From IMG/VR virus record IMGVR_UViG_3300050505_000109, positions 1 to 59,022 of that record: 59,022 nucleotides of DNA; one strand, 5' to 3'. This document shows positions 9,851 to 19,818 of this stretch, one piece after another. The position numbers were made by a program, and so were the translations under genes. Source of the DNA: a virus. Lineage: Duplodnaviria; Caudoviricetes. The notes beneath the pieces were generated by a model. The model ran no database searches. It saw only the letters and a list, made by a program, of their open reading frames with translations, and was not told the origin of the DNA. Each line of letters begins with the position of its first letter. The first letter of the stretch is position 1.

Positions 9851-11799
9851 TGGCTCGATCAACTCGCTCTCCAGCTCCCGCCAACAAGGCTCCAGCCCGC
9901 CGCCGTCGAGCCTTGTCCTCTACTCTGCCTGCCGCCTCCGCCCCGTCGGGCTCTTCTCCTGAGTGGCTCCCTCTCTTCCTCGACTTCATCTCCCACCTCA
10001 CAATTGAATCCCGCGAGACAGGTCAGACTGTCCTCGGCGACAATCTTTGGGGCTCTCAACGCCGTGCCTTGATCGGCCTCGCCGCTGGAATGGACCAAGG
10101 TATTAGAGATTTCACCTGGCTCAAGTCCCGTCAGCTCGGTGAGACCACTCTCTTCCTCGCCGTCGATCTCTTCTGGCTCTTCCTCCATCCGGGCATTCAC
10201 GGTGTCCTCCTTATTGACGATGAAGGCAACCGTGACAAGTTCCGTGTTATCATCCGTCAATATGCCCGCTCCCTCCCTCGCAACATGTCCTATCCTATCG
10301 TCGACGACAACAAGACGCTGATGTCATTCAACGTTGGCGGCAAGCTTTCCATGCTGGACTTCCTCGTTGCTGGCAAACGGCGGGGCACTCTTGGCGCCTC
10401 TCGCGCTTATCGCTTTGCCCATCTCACCGAAGTCGCGAACTACGGCGACCCCGACGGTCTCGAAAACTTCATGCAAACCCTCTCGGAGAACCACCCAGAC
10501 CGGCTCTTCCTCAAAGAGTCGACCGCTAACGGGTTCAACCACTTCCATACGATGTGCCAAGCTGCTAAGCGCGATAAGACTCAGAAGTTCGACTTCATCG
10601 GCTGGTGGGCACGGGACGACCAAAGGATCGAACGCTCCGACCCACGCTTCGCTGAATACATGGAGGAGCCTTGGACCGCCGAGGAACTTGAACTCCAGGC
10701 TGAAGTCGCCCACGCCTACGGTGTGGCAGTGGACGATGAACAGTTAGCTTGGTATAGATGGAGGTCTATCGCCCGCTCACTTGATGAAGGGATGCTTCAC
10801 CAGACCCAGCCTTGGACCGAGAAGCAAGCCTTCATTCTCTCAGGTCGCTCATTCTTCCCTCTCCGCAAGGTCGAGAAAGACCTCGACGTTGTCCTCGACG
10901 GCCATTCCGTCGAGTTCAAAGCCTACCGTTATTACCTTGGCCGAGAGCTTGTTACAACCTCTATCGAGCAGGTCTATGTCCTCGAAGACGCTGAGCTTCG
11001 TGTCTGGGAGGAGCCTGTCCCTTGGGGCCGCTATGTCATAGGATGCGACCCAGCTTATGGTCGCTCAGATTGGAACGACTCTCATGCGATCACTGTTTGT
11101 CGCTGTTACGCTGATCGCCTTGTTATGGTGGCTGAATATGGCTCAACTGAGCCCGAGACTTTCCAGGTTACTTGGGCTCTAGCCCACCTCGCTTCGATGT
11201 ATGAGGACTGCTATATCAATCTGGAGATCAGCGGTCCTGGCACTGCGATCATGACTGAGATGCGCCGGATCAAGCAAATTCTTCAATCTCAATCCCACGC
11301 CGATATTGTCAAAGCTAAAGGCTGGGAAGAGGTGCTCGATGGCGTGAAGTGGTATCTCTACCATCGCCCGGATAGTCTTGGCAAAGGCTACGCCTACGGT
11401 TGGAAGACCAATGTCGACAATAAAATCGCAATCATGAATGAGATGAGAGATAGCTATATCAACAGCTACCTTATCATTAGGTCTAGCCGAGCCCTCGAAC
11501 AGATGCAATATATTGTCCAGGAGGGAGCTGAGATTGGCCCGTCGGCCAAAGGCCGGAAGCATGACGACTTCGTATTCAGCCTTGCGTTTGCCCATCGCGC
11601 GTGGCTTGAGTGGGTCCGACCAGATATGATCTCGATGAACTACAGCTATGAGAATGCGACGATTGATGACCGCCGACGAATGACTGAAGGCCGCCCTGGT
11701 TTCGTCGCCGGCGTTGTCGGTCAGTGGTTTGAGAACAAGGAGAAGGAACGGCTGGAGGCTATCCGTAATCCATGGGCAGTACAGAGAGGCTTCAAGTGA
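9847..11799 (+). CDS. terL: Terminase large subunit
   Basis: Walker A LKSRQLGETT, Walker B AHLTEVA, coupling motif ESTANG, nuclease motifs GCDPAYG and KHDD. Confidence 0.95.
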   Translation: MMARSTRSPAPANKAPARRRRALSSTLPAASAPSGSSPEWLPLFLDFISHLTIESRETGQTVLGDNLWGSQRRALIGLAAGMDQGIRDFTWLKSRQLGETTLFLAVDLFWLFLHPGIHGVLLIDDEGNRDKFRVIIRQYARSLPRNMSYPIVDDNKTLMSFNVGGKLSMLDFLVAGKRRGTLGASRAYRFAHLTEVANYGDPDGLENFMQTLSENHPDRLFLKESTANGFNHFHTMCQAAKRDKTQKFDFIGWWARDDQRIERSDPRFAEYMEEPWTAEELELQAEVAHAYGVAVDDEQLAWYRWRSIARSLDEGMLHQTQPWTEKQAFILSGRSFFPLRKVEKDLDVVLDGHSVEFKAYRYYLGRELVTTSIEQVYVLEDAELRVWEEPVPWGRYVIGCDPAYGRSDWNDSHAITVCRCYADRLVMVAEYGSTEPETFQVTWALAHLASMYEDCYINLEISGPGTAIMTEMRRIKQILQSQSHADIVKAKGWEEVLDGVKWYLYHRPDSLGKGYAYGWKTNVDNKIAIMNEMRDSYINSYLIIRSSRALEQMQYIVQEGAEIGPSAKGRKHDDFVFSLAFAHRAWLEWVRPDMISMNYSYENATIDDRRRMTEGRPGFVAGVVGQWFENKEKERLEAIRNPWAVQRGFK

Positions 11800-12161
11800 C
11801 TTGGGTCCTTACCTCTATAGTTGATAGAATCCATGCTACTGAACGAAGCGGCCCGCTCTGCGTCTCTCCAAATGAGTACCGAGAGCTTCACTCTGATCTT
11901 GGGCTTAAACCATATCCTCCATATACTCCTATCTCTATCTATGGCTGCCCCATCCTCCTGAATCCTTTCTACCACGACCCTCGCTTCCGCACCTTTCAGT
12001 CAATGGCTTCTCTCGCTGGCACCTTCATCCACTACAAGACTCTCGGCCAGACCTATGAAGTCGTCAGCGCTTGGTATAAGACCGCCGACGGTGATACCAT
12101 CAACTACCGCCCAGAACTGGGCGTCTATATATTCAAGAATGGAGTTGAGGTGTTGTTGTGA
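11796..12161 (+). CDS. hypothetical protein
   Basis: GTGA overlaps at both ends. Confidence 0.6.
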   Translation: MTWVLTSIVDRIHATERSGPLCVSPNEYRELHSDLGLKPYPPYTPISIYGCPILLNPFYHDPRFRTFQSMASLAGTFIHYKTLGQTYEVVSAWYKTADGDTINYRPELGVYIFKNGVEVLL

Positions 12162-12634
12162 AGGTTGTCCGAGTCATTCGCTGCCTTGACTGCGGGAAGA
12201 AATACCGACGAGTCCAGGATAGTTCCGAGGACCCCGCACCTTGTCCGCAGTGCGGTGTGCCTGAGCCCGCCCTCCCTGCTCGAATTGCAGCCCCGGCTAT
12301 CATCGGGTCGAAGAGTCGCGCCGTCGATGAAGCCTGGAAGGTCGCACAGGAAGATTTTGGTCTCACCAATATGCGCGACGGCGCGAAGGAGGGCGAGACT
12401 GCTTTCATTCCGCCGCCGGCTGCTCCTCCTCCTGACCCACGCACGATCCGCTCCCCTCAGATGATCTGGGGGGGAGCCGCTCCTGCTTCAGCTGCAATGC
12501 CCGGCGTCGCCGATACCTTGAAGAATGCCAAAGGTGCCGCCGTCCTCGCCAACGCTGAAGGCCGCAACCCAATGCAGCTGCTCCACCGCACTCGCCCTAA
12601 GCTCGAAGCAATCCCTCTAAACAAGGGCGGCTAG
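12158..12634 (+). CDS. FmdB-like zinc-ribbon protein
   Basis: CLDCG...CPQCG. Confidence 0.75.
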   Translation: MKVVRVIRCLDCGKKYRRVQDSSEDPAPCPQCGVPEPALPARIAAPAIIGSKSRAVDEAWKVAQEDFGLTNMRDGAKEGETAFIPPPAAPPPDPRTIRSPQMIWGGAAPASAAMPGVADTLKNAKGAAVLANAEGRNPMQLLHRTRPKLEAIPLNKGG

Positions 12635-12638
12635 CCTT

Positions 12639-13346
12639 ATGGCTGAGCGCATCCCTCAATCAACCACGATCCGGGTCCCCTTTCAGGCCTTCCTGACGAC
12701 CACTCACTTTGCGCCCGCCACTGGTCTCACCATCGCGATCACGATCTCCAAGAACGGCGGCGCCTACGCCAACCCGTCGGGTGGTGCCACTAACGCCGTC
12801 GAGATCGGCAACGGCTCCTACTACGTCGACCTCTCCACCACTGACACCAACACTCTCGGCCCCCTCTTCGTCCTTGGCACCGCTGCCACAATGGACAACG
12901 TGAATGTGCTTTATAATGTAGTTGATGCCACCAATGCTGGCCTCTCTAATCTCGACGCTCCAATCAGTGGCCGGATGGCAACCTACACCCAGCCCGCCGG
13001 TTTCCTAGCTGCAACTTTCCCTTCTGGAACAATAGCTAACACAACTAATATCACCGCTGGCACCATCACCAATGTCGGCACTGTCACCACCGCTGTCAAT
13101 CTGACGAATGCGCCGATCGTCGGCGATCTCACCGCTGCCATGAAGTCCAGTGTCACCACTGCCGCTACTGCCGCTACTCCCACTGTCGCCGGTGTCAAAG
13201 GTGGTGTCACCGTCCAGCTGAACAATGACAAGACTGGCTACAGTCTCACTCCTGCTCAAGTAGCTGCGATCAACAGCCCGTCGGTGCAAGTCGCCAATCC
13301 TGATACCTTCCTCACTGATCTCACCAAGGCACGGCAGGGAGGTTGA
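12639..13346 (+). CDS. Thr-rich putative structural protein
   Basis: TGLTIAITISKNGGA...EIGNGSYYVDLSTTDTNTLG beta domain; TITNV repeats. Confidence 0.65.
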   Translation: MAERIPQSTTIRVPFQAFLTTTHFAPATGLTIAITISKNGGAYANPSGGATNAVEIGNGSYYVDLSTTDTNTLGPLFVLGTAATMDNVNVLYNVVDATNAGLSNLDAPISGRMATYTQPAGFLAATFPSGTIANTTNITAGTITNVGTVTTAVNLTNAPIVGDLTAAMKSSVTTAATAATPTVAGVKGGVTVQLNNDKTGYSLTPAQVAAINSPSVQVANPDTFLTDLTKARQGG

Positions 13347-13735
13347 CAGTGATCGAGCCCAATGAGCCCGACGGCCTCCGCACTCTGCGCTCGATGGCGA
13401 CTTTGGCCGGCCGTCGAATCAGCTCAGCTCGTACGCCCGATGGACTTACGACCCTTGCTGCTTTCTTCGTTATCAGCGACGGCGGGCTAGATTGTTGGCA
13501 CTGGAGTCGACGTGATGGGCTGCATCAATTCACTGCCGAGCAAATGCAGCAGAAACAATGGATCGAAGGTTACAGCTACTACTCTGATCAAGTCTGGAAT
13601 GATATCATTATCCAGAGACTTGAGGGTGAGCGCCGTCGAGTCCAGGAGCTTGTTCAGCGAGCAATGAACAGTGCTTTTCAAGCTGGCCCCGACAATCCTC
13701 TCTCCCTCCTCCAGCAAGGACTCGCCCGTCGATGA
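13343..13735 (+). CDS. hypothetical protein
   Basis: 130 aa; GGAGG SD. Confidence 0.6.
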   Translation: MTVIEPNEPDGLRTLRSMATLAGRRISSARTPDGLTTLAAFFVISDGGLDCWHWSRRDGLHQFTAEQMQQKQWIEGYSYYSDQVWNDIIIQRLEGERRRVQELVQRAMNSAFQAGPDNPLSLLQQGLARR

Positions 13736-13811
13736 ACTCCACTCCCACCCTCATCCTCTCCACTTGTGAGAGCGGCCTCCACTTCCGCTCCGTCGGAGAC
13801 GACCCGACGTT

Positions 13812-14201
13812 GTGCTGCACCGCCCATCCACCCTCAGTCCAGATGGTTCTGGTCCCAGCGCCCTCTGTTCCTGGCGGCCCCGCCGGCGGCTTCAACATGA
13901 ACAAAGTCACCTCCTTCCCCTCACCGAATGCGAACTGGACATGCGCCGAACACAGAAGCCGCCGCCAGCACTGACTCCTATCGACGAGGAGAAGCTCCAG
14001 GCTGAGCAGGCAAAGGTCCGTCGGCACGCTGAGTTGGTGATGGCTTGGCACGACCGCCTGCCGCCTGAACTTCGAGCTGTCGCGAATGGTCTCCCTGTTC
14101 CCCATCAAGACCTCCTCGCCGCTCTTGAGGCTGGCTGCCGAACTCAGGAAGAAGCCGAGGAATGGTTCCGTTCCATTGTCGGCCGAACCGTGCTAGGCTA
14201 A
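13812..14201 (+). CDS. hypothetical protein (start uncertain, probably near 13941)
   Basis: Helical C-terminal part MAWHDRLPPELRAVAN looks coding. Confidence 0.55.
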   Translation: MLHRPSTLSPDGSGPSALCSWRPRRRLQHEQSHLLPLTECELDMRRTQKPPPALTPIDEEKLQAEQAKVRRHAELVMAWHDRLPPELRAVANGLPVPHQDLLAALEAGCRTQEEAEEWFRSIVGRTVLG

Positions 14202-14229
14202 GCCCATCTTAGCTAATGGAGCGAATAGG

Positions 14230-14422
14230 ATGAAAATATCTCCCGGTCGCAGTTACTCTTTTGTTTGTGTGTAGTACACACTCCTGGAGCCAAACTCCTT
14301 TGCCGCCACCGCCAACACCAGAGGAGGCTGCGGCACATGCAGCAGCAGGGACAGACCCTCCAGGCTGGAAGTGTCATGGAGAAGGGACAAGTCGCCGATG
14401 TGCCCCAGATGTGCAGCACTAG
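14230..14422 (+). pseudogene. Frameshifted small secreted protein
   Basis: GGAG SD then ATG-AAAA-TAT; removing one A gives MKYLPVAVTLLFVCSTHSWS/QTPLPPPP...WKC...RRCAPDVQH*. Confidence 0.6.
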
Positions 14423-14455
14423 GTTGACCTGAAGCGCCTTTGAGGCTTCTACTGA

Positions 14456-15649
14456 ATGCCTTCGTCGTTCGATGACCTCATGCAATTCGGCGGCCCAGAA
14501 GCTGCCCTTCCAGCTTTACCTTCTAAGCAGGCCGTGACTGCTGGTTCGACCATCGGCTCCTATCTGACTGATGTCTTTACCGGCAAAGCTGCTATGCAGA
14601 GCCTCAGCAATCTTGGTGGTGGGCCTTCTTACGATCCCGCTAAGACTCTCTCCCAGAATGCACTCGACCCTGCTGGCCTTCAGACTGCCACCAATGTAGC
14701 TCTCTCTACCGGGCCTGGGATGATTGGTGGTCGGCAAGCCGCTAGCCGAGCTGCTGGTCATCCTGCTCAGCCTCAAGCCATCGAGGAAGCCTTCAAGCTT
14801 GAACAAGCTGGCAAGTCGCCCGACGAAATCTACGCCTACACAGGCTGGTATCGTGGTCCAGACTCACAATGGAAGTGGGTCATCCCAGACAATAATGCCA
14901 CCCTCAAGCATAGTACTGAAGGTCTCCCTATCCAACCAAACCGATTCTCAAAGGACCTCCTCTCAGTCCCTTATGGGACTGAAATCTCTCTAGGAGATGT
15001 ACTTAATCACTCTGATTTGTTCAAGCTCTACCCTTGGCTAAAGGAGATCAAGGTTGAACCAACGCCACTCTTCAGTGCGCTTACCGGCAATCAGGGCTAT
15101 TATAGCCCCAAGTCAAACACAATAGGGCTCACTGGTGGCAAACCTGAAACTATGCTCTCTACTCTTCTCCATGAGATCCAGCACGCTGTTCAATTCAAAG
15201 AAGGCTTCGGGCTCGGCGGCTCCCCCTCTGAATTCCTTTGGCCGAAGTTCCCGGAGGACTATGGCGCAGTCCTCTTAAAGTGGAAAGAAGTCGAGAAGCA
15301 ATTTCCAGATGATGTTAATTCCTATACAATTCGACATAAGCTGGAACGGGATATAGAGGGCCGAAACTCTCCTAGCTACGCTGACATCGCCTGGGATAAG
15401 CTGCCCGATAAAGTCAAGAACCAAGCTCGTCTCGTCTACAATGAACTCTACCCACTTGAGCAAGCTAAAGCTGACGCTTATCAGAAATACCGCAATCTCG
15501 CCGGCGAAGTCGAATCCCGTGCGACTGAGCAGATGCTAAAGGAGAAAGATTGGTCTAAGATGCCTTCTCAGCTTCAAGATGTAACACCGGCAGAGAGACA
15601 GCGAGTCAAGTTCAGTGTACCTGATCCTGTCATTGAGGAAAAGAGATGA
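14456..15649 (+). CDS. LPD23-like domain protein with HExxH motif
   Basis: TGWYRGPDSQWKWVIPD, LGDVLNHSDLFKLYP, LLHEIQHAVQ..EGF..GG, YRNLAGEVESR. Confidence 0.8.
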   Translation: MPSSFDDLMQFGGPEAALPALPSKQAVTAGSTIGSYLTDVFTGKAAMQSLSNLGGGPSYDPAKTLSQNALDPAGLQTATNVALSTGPGMIGGRQAASRAAGHPAQPQAIEEAFKLEQAGKSPDEIYAYTGWYRGPDSQWKWVIPDNNATLKHSTEGLPIQPNRFSKDLLSVPYGTEISLGDVLNHSDLFKLYPWLKEIKVEPTPLFSALTGNQGYYSPKSNTIGLTGGKPETMLSTLLHEIQHAVQFKEGFGLGGSPSEFLWPKFPEDYGAVLLKWKEVEKQFPDDVNSYTIRHKLERDIEGRNSPSYADIAWDKLPDKVKNQARLVYNELYPLEQAKADAYQKYRNLAGEVESRATEQMLKEKDWSKMPSQLQDVTPAERQRVKFSVPDPVIEEKR

Positions 15650-17334
15650 AGTCTAACAGCGTCGGTCGAATCCCCAAGCGACAAGTCGGTGGCTGGGCGC
15701 GTGAGGTCATCGACCAATGCACCGTCTCCCGCCAAGACCGAATCTACCAATGCGAGACCTACCGCAATTTCTACTTCACTGGCACCGCCGACGGTTCCGC
15801 CGGCGTCGACAATGAAGTCTACGCCGAGATCGACCAGCTGGCCTCTTCCCTCTTCTCGCCCGTTGATCCTCATTATGCCATCAGCTTCGACCGTACTGAG
15901 ACTGACGAAAATCGTGCGATGGCCGAAGTCGCCGCCACCTATCTCAGCCGTGACTTTCAGCGCCACGGTGTCGATGAAATCTTCGCCGAAGCCGTCAATT
16001 GGGGCCTCGTCGAAGCTTCCTGCTTCGTCAAACTCCTCTGGGATCGTCAGGGCTTCGACCCTTATCTAGTGGCACAGACCTTCATGGGAGTGTTCAACGA
16101 AGCTACGACAGACCTCGACCGTCAAGACGCCTTCGTGCATTCATCCTTTGTCACGCCGGCGTCTTTCGAGCGGTCGATTAAGGGCCATCCTGAAGAACGG
16201 GAGATCCTCCGCAAAGTAGCGCAGATGGCGACGAAGGACCTCTCGAACACCGACGGACCTAGCGGCCTCCGCCGCCTCCTGATCGGCGGCACAATCCCTG
16301 TCAACTTAACCCCACCTCAGACCTCTATCCCCGCCGGCTGGGTCCAATGGATCAGAGGCCCCTCCGCCGTTATGGCCCCTGCCACTCTAGCCTCTCTGAT
16401 CCAGGTCGACGAACTCTGGGTCCTCGACAACGAACGTGAGGACTACGCCACCTTCCAACTGGTCGATGATATCGTCATCGAAGGAAAGCTCCAGCGCCGT
16501 AATCTCTTCGGCATCAAGGGCCGCCATCCCTTCATCCAGGTCTCTCCCAACACTGTGAAGGACTACTTCTGGGGCCGGTCTGAGGTAGCCACTTTGATGA
16601 TGCCGCAGGAGGCTATCTCTGCTCAAGTCAATGGCATCAGCCGCACGATGAGAATGCAGGAGGACCCGCCACTCTCTTTCCAGGGTATCACCTCCGGCGA
16701 TATTGACCAGAAGAGGTCGGCTCTAATGAAGCCCGGTGGGCGTCTTGCTGAGATGAGCCCTCAGTTCAAGATTGAGAATCATGCACCGAAGCTCCCTGAA
16801 CAGGCTCTTCCTTGGCACAATGAGCTGAAGGATATCTTCCATCGGGCGTCAGGCTTTGAGGCACCGGTCAGTCGTGGCTTTGGCGACCAGTCAATGAGAA
16901 GTGGTCTTCAGGCCAATACGGCGGTCAGGATGGCGACGCCTCGACTGCGGGACCGGGCGCTCGCCGTCGAGCGTCGCTATGCTGCCCTCGGCGATCTCGG
17001 CTTCCAGCTCCTCCGAGCAAAGCTCCCTGTCCGCTTCACTATTCCACAGAAACCGAACCAACCGGAGCCAGCGGCATTCCTACTCGACCAAATCCCTGAT
17101 GACTATAGGCTGGAGGTCGACTCTCATTCCTCTAGCCCAGCCTTCGCCGACGACGCTCGTAGGCTTGCCTTTGACTTGGCCCGTCTCAAGGCTGTCAGTG
17201 ATGTCGATCTTATTCGCTTGACACACCCTGCTCGCGAGGACACATTGATCGCGAACGCTGAGGAGAGGCACAGGCAGCAAGCAGCTATGTTAGCCGCCCA
17301 TCCTGAACTTCTCCGCCGGGGGGCTCATCGTTGA
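15646..17334 (+). CDS. Portal protein
   Basis: 562 aa, helical; lies between TerL and scaffold/MCP; HPFIQVSPN..DYFWGRSEV motif. Confidence 0.85.
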   Translation: MKSNSVGRIPKRQVGGWAREVIDQCTVSRQDRIYQCETYRNFYFTGTADGSAGVDNEVYAEIDQLASSLFSPVDPHYAISFDRTETDENRAMAEVAATYLSRDFQRHGVDEIFAEAVNWGLVEASCFVKLLWDRQGFDPYLVAQTFMGVFNEATTDLDRQDAFVHSSFVTPASFERSIKGHPEEREILRKVAQMATKDLSNTDGPSGLRRLLIGGTIPVNLTPPQTSIPAGWVQWIRGPSAVMAPATLASLIQVDELWVLDNEREDYATFQLVDDIVIEGKLQRRNLFGIKGRHPFIQVSPNTVKDYFWGRSEVATLMMPQEAISAQVNGISRTMRMQEDPPLSFQGITSGDIDQKRSALMKPGGRLAEMSPQFKIENHAPKLPEQALPWHNELKDIFHRASGFEAPVSRGFGDQSMRSGLQANTAVRMATPRLRDRALAVERRYAALGDLGFQLLRAKLPVRFTIPQKPNQPEPAAFLLDQIPDDYRLEVDSHSSSPAFADDARRLAFDLARLKAVSDVDLIRLTHPAREDTLIANAEERHRQQAAMLAAHPELLRRGAHR

Positions 17335-17410
17335 GCTTCAAGCAGGGTTCAAACCGTCGGCTAGACAGCGGCAGTCCCTCTAGCTGACTTGTTCAACTTA
17401 GGAGGCCATC

Positions 17411-17443
17411 ATGCGGCGTAGGCACAAGCGCGGCCGGCGCTAG
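17411..17443 (+). CDS. 10-aa Arg-rich micro-peptide MRRRHKRGRR
   Basis: Perfect AGGAGG SD (17400-17405) 5 nt before ATG; TAG at 17441-17443. Confidence 0.55.
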   Translation: MRRRHKRGRR

Positions 17444-17486
17444 CCACTTTCGCCGGCTTTGCCGGCGAGGCAAGCACGTTGAGGAC

Positions 17487-17891
17487 ATGGATTCACCGCC
17501 TCTTGCATCTATAGCTCAACCACCGTTCGGCTCTTCGCCGCTGGCTCGCCCGTCGGGCAATCCCGGTGAAGCTGCCAACGGAGCCGCGATGGTGCAGGAG
17601 GCGGTGAACATGCTTGAGAAAGCCCTCTCAAATATCCCCGTCCAGCACCCCCTCCACAAAGAAGTCCTCAGCTCGATCTCTCGACTGAGCAAACACGCGC
17701 CGCCACAGGCGGCCTCTCCTGGCATCAACCTCCAAGCACTCAAGCAGCTGCTGGCAGCGAAGATGCAGGGCTCACCTCTCAATTCACTCCAGGCTGGAGC
17801 CGGCGGAGGCGCTCCTGGCGGCGCCCCTTCGATGCCTGCCGCCGGCGCCATGCCACCTCAAATGCCTTCACCTTCTCCAATGGGAGCCTAG
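17487..17891 (+). CDS. Pro/Ala/Gln-rich head-module protein
   Basis: GAGGA SD; position between portal and scaffold. Confidence 0.75.
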   Translation: MDSPPLASIAQPPFGSSPLARPSGNPGEAANGAAMVQEAVNMLEKALSNIPVQHPLHKEVLSSISRLSKHAPPQAASPGINLQALKQLLAAKMQGSPLNSLQAGAGGGAPGGAPSMPAAGAMPPQMPSPSPMGA

Positions 17892-17893
17892 TC

Positions 17894-18073
17894 ATGGCAG
17901 ACAGCTTTCCTGGCCCTTACAGAAATTCAGTCCCGCAGGATGTCGATAGCCCCGATCCGATGATCCGTCGGGTCCCGTTCAGCCGGACCGACATCGGCGC
18001 TCGCAAGTCGATCATGCCGAGTATCAAGAACTCGCAGTCGATTTCACACATCCCAAATCAGAACAGCAAGTAA
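17894..18073 (+). CDS. 59-aa hypothetical protein
   Basis: GGGAG SD; MADSFPGPYRNSVPQ...IPNQNSK (below the ORF-track cutoff). Confidence 0.65.
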   Translation: MADSFPGPYRNSVPQDVDSPDPMIRRVPFSRTDIGARKSIMPSIKNSQSISHIPNQNSK

Positions 18074-18103
18074 CCCCACAACTTCGTCGAGCGGAGTGAG
18101 ACG

Positions 18104-18727
18104 ATGCCGATGATAGAACTCAGTGATGAAGATGCGGCTCTGCTTGAGGCGGCGAAGAAGGCCGGCGGCGCTTCCGCCATCGACCTCGGCATGAGAGCCT
18201 ACGCTCTTCATCAGAAGCTCTACACCCACAAGGACACCGCCCTCGATTATCAGAAGGCGATCAAGGTCGTCGCACCCGACGCCCAGGTCGCCTCTGATGT
18301 TGCGGCTCCCTACGTCGCCAAGATCGACAGTGTCGCCGAGCGCCTCGACAAGTGGGAGGCTGATCGCGCCGCCGAGAAGAAGGCCGCCGAGGAGGCCGCC
18401 GCGCAGGGCGACTTCGACGCTGCCTGGAAGCGCACCGTCTCCGAGAACAACCTGACCGAAGAGGGCCAGGAAAAGCTCATCACCTTCATGAAGAACCGCA
18501 AGCTCGCCGATCCAGAGGCCGCCGCCGCTCTCTACTACAAGCAGAACCCAGAGCCCCCAGCGCCCGTCACGCCTTCGTCCATCGCCCCGCAAGGCTGGGC
18601 CAAGGACATCGGCATCCTTCACGCTGAAGATGATCAATCCTCCAAGCTCCTGATCACCAATCCTGAAGCTTGGGCCGACCAGGAAGCCGCCGGCGTCTTG
18701 ACCGAGATCAGGCGGCAGGCAGCATAG
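18104..18727 (+). CDS. Capsid scaffolding protein
   Basis: Charged coiled-coil immediately upstream of the MCP. Confidence 0.7.
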   Translation: MPMIELSDEDAALLEAAKKAGGASAIDLGMRAYALHQKLYTHKDTALDYQKAIKVVAPDAQVASDVAAPYVAKIDSVAERLDKWEADRAAEKKAAEEAAAQGDFDAAWKRTVSENNLTEEGQEKLITFMKNRKLADPEAAAALYYKQNPEPPAPVTPSSIAPQGWAKDIGILHAEDDQSSKLLITNPEAWADQEAAGVLTEIRRQAA

Positions 18728-18794
18728 CCGGGAAGCGTAGCACATTTCGGCTAGCGGCTCCGCCGCCTAGTCGGTAGAGAGGAGAACCTTAGAG

Positions 18795-19805
18795 ATGGCG
18801 ACGCTTGGATCAGGCATCATCCCGAGTGGCGCAATCGGCAACGAACTGGCTGCCATCACTCGGCGTGCCTTTATCCCGTCGCTGGTCGTGCAAATCTACA
18901 AAGCCCACCCTGTCCTGTCTCTTCTGCTGGGCAATTCACAGCGGGCCGCCGGCGGCGTCAGCTCTGTCACGGTCCCGACTCAAGGTGCCTCCTTCGTCGC
19001 CTACAGCTGGGCCGGGTTCGATGGCGTCTTCCCTCAGCCGACGGACCTCACTGCGATCCAGAACGCCGAATTCAACCTCAAGCTCGGCGTCGTCCCGATC
19101 CCCTTCCTTGGGATGGAAGCTCTGGTCCAGTCGACCGAAGTCGTGATTCCGCGCCTCCGCGCTGTCATGGCAGACGCCAAGGCGGTTATGACGCAACAGA
19201 TCGCGACCGCCCTCTACACCAACAACTCGGCTCTGCCGCTCCAAGTCGACAGCTTCGCTCAAGCCTTCGATGACGGCACGAACGTCTCCTCCTACGGCGG
19301 CATCAACCGCAATGCCAATCCGTTCTGGAAGTCGACGCTGAAGACTGCCGCCGGCGCCATCAGCACTCGGATCGGCCTGTCGACCAAGATCGCGAACCTG
19401 ACTCTGCTCGCCGGCGGCGAAGCGCCTGACTTCGGTGTCATGGCCTTCGGTGACTGGACGACGCTCATGCAAGACTTCATGGCCGCCGAACAGTTCCGCA
19501 CGACACCGGGCTCCCGCTACGGCGTGGACGATTCGGTCAACGCTGGCTTCCGCTGCCTGACAGTCCTGAACGTCCCGATCTTCCCTGACCCGTTCCTCCC
19601 CCAAGGAACCTCCTACCTCTTCAACTCTAAGTATGTCGGGATGTATATCAGCGAGGATGCGCCCTTCGCATTCAGCGGATTCCACTCGACCATCCCGAAC
19701 TTCCAGATCGCCAACATTGGCGTGCTGATCGTCGCCTTCGATGTGCTTTGCACGAAGCCGGTCAGCGGGATGCAGATCACTGGTATCACCGGGAACGCCT
19801 TCTAA
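18795..19805 (+). CDS. Major capsid protein
   Basis: 336 aa; GAGGAG SD; ELAAITRRAF, YGGINR..NPFW, PIFPDPFLP.GT.YLFN motifs; optimised codons. Confidence 0.88.
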   Translation: MATLGSGIIPSGAIGNELAAITRRAFIPSLVVQIYKAHPVLSLLLGNSQRAAGGVSSVTVPTQGASFVAYSWAGFDGVFPQPTDLTAIQNAEFNLKLGVVPIPFLGMEALVQSTEVVIPRLRAVMADAKAVMTQQIATALYTNNSALPLQVDSFAQAFDDGTNVSSYGGINRNANPFWKSTLKTAAGAISTRIGLSTKIANLTLLAGGEAPDFGVMAFGDWTTLMQDFMAAEQFRTTPGSRYGVDDSVNAGFRCLTVLNVPIFPDPFLPQGTSYLFNSKYVGMYISEDAPFAFSGFHSTIPNFQIANIGVLIVAFDVLCTKPVSGMQITGITGNAF

Positions 19806-19818
19806 AGGAGTATCCTCT

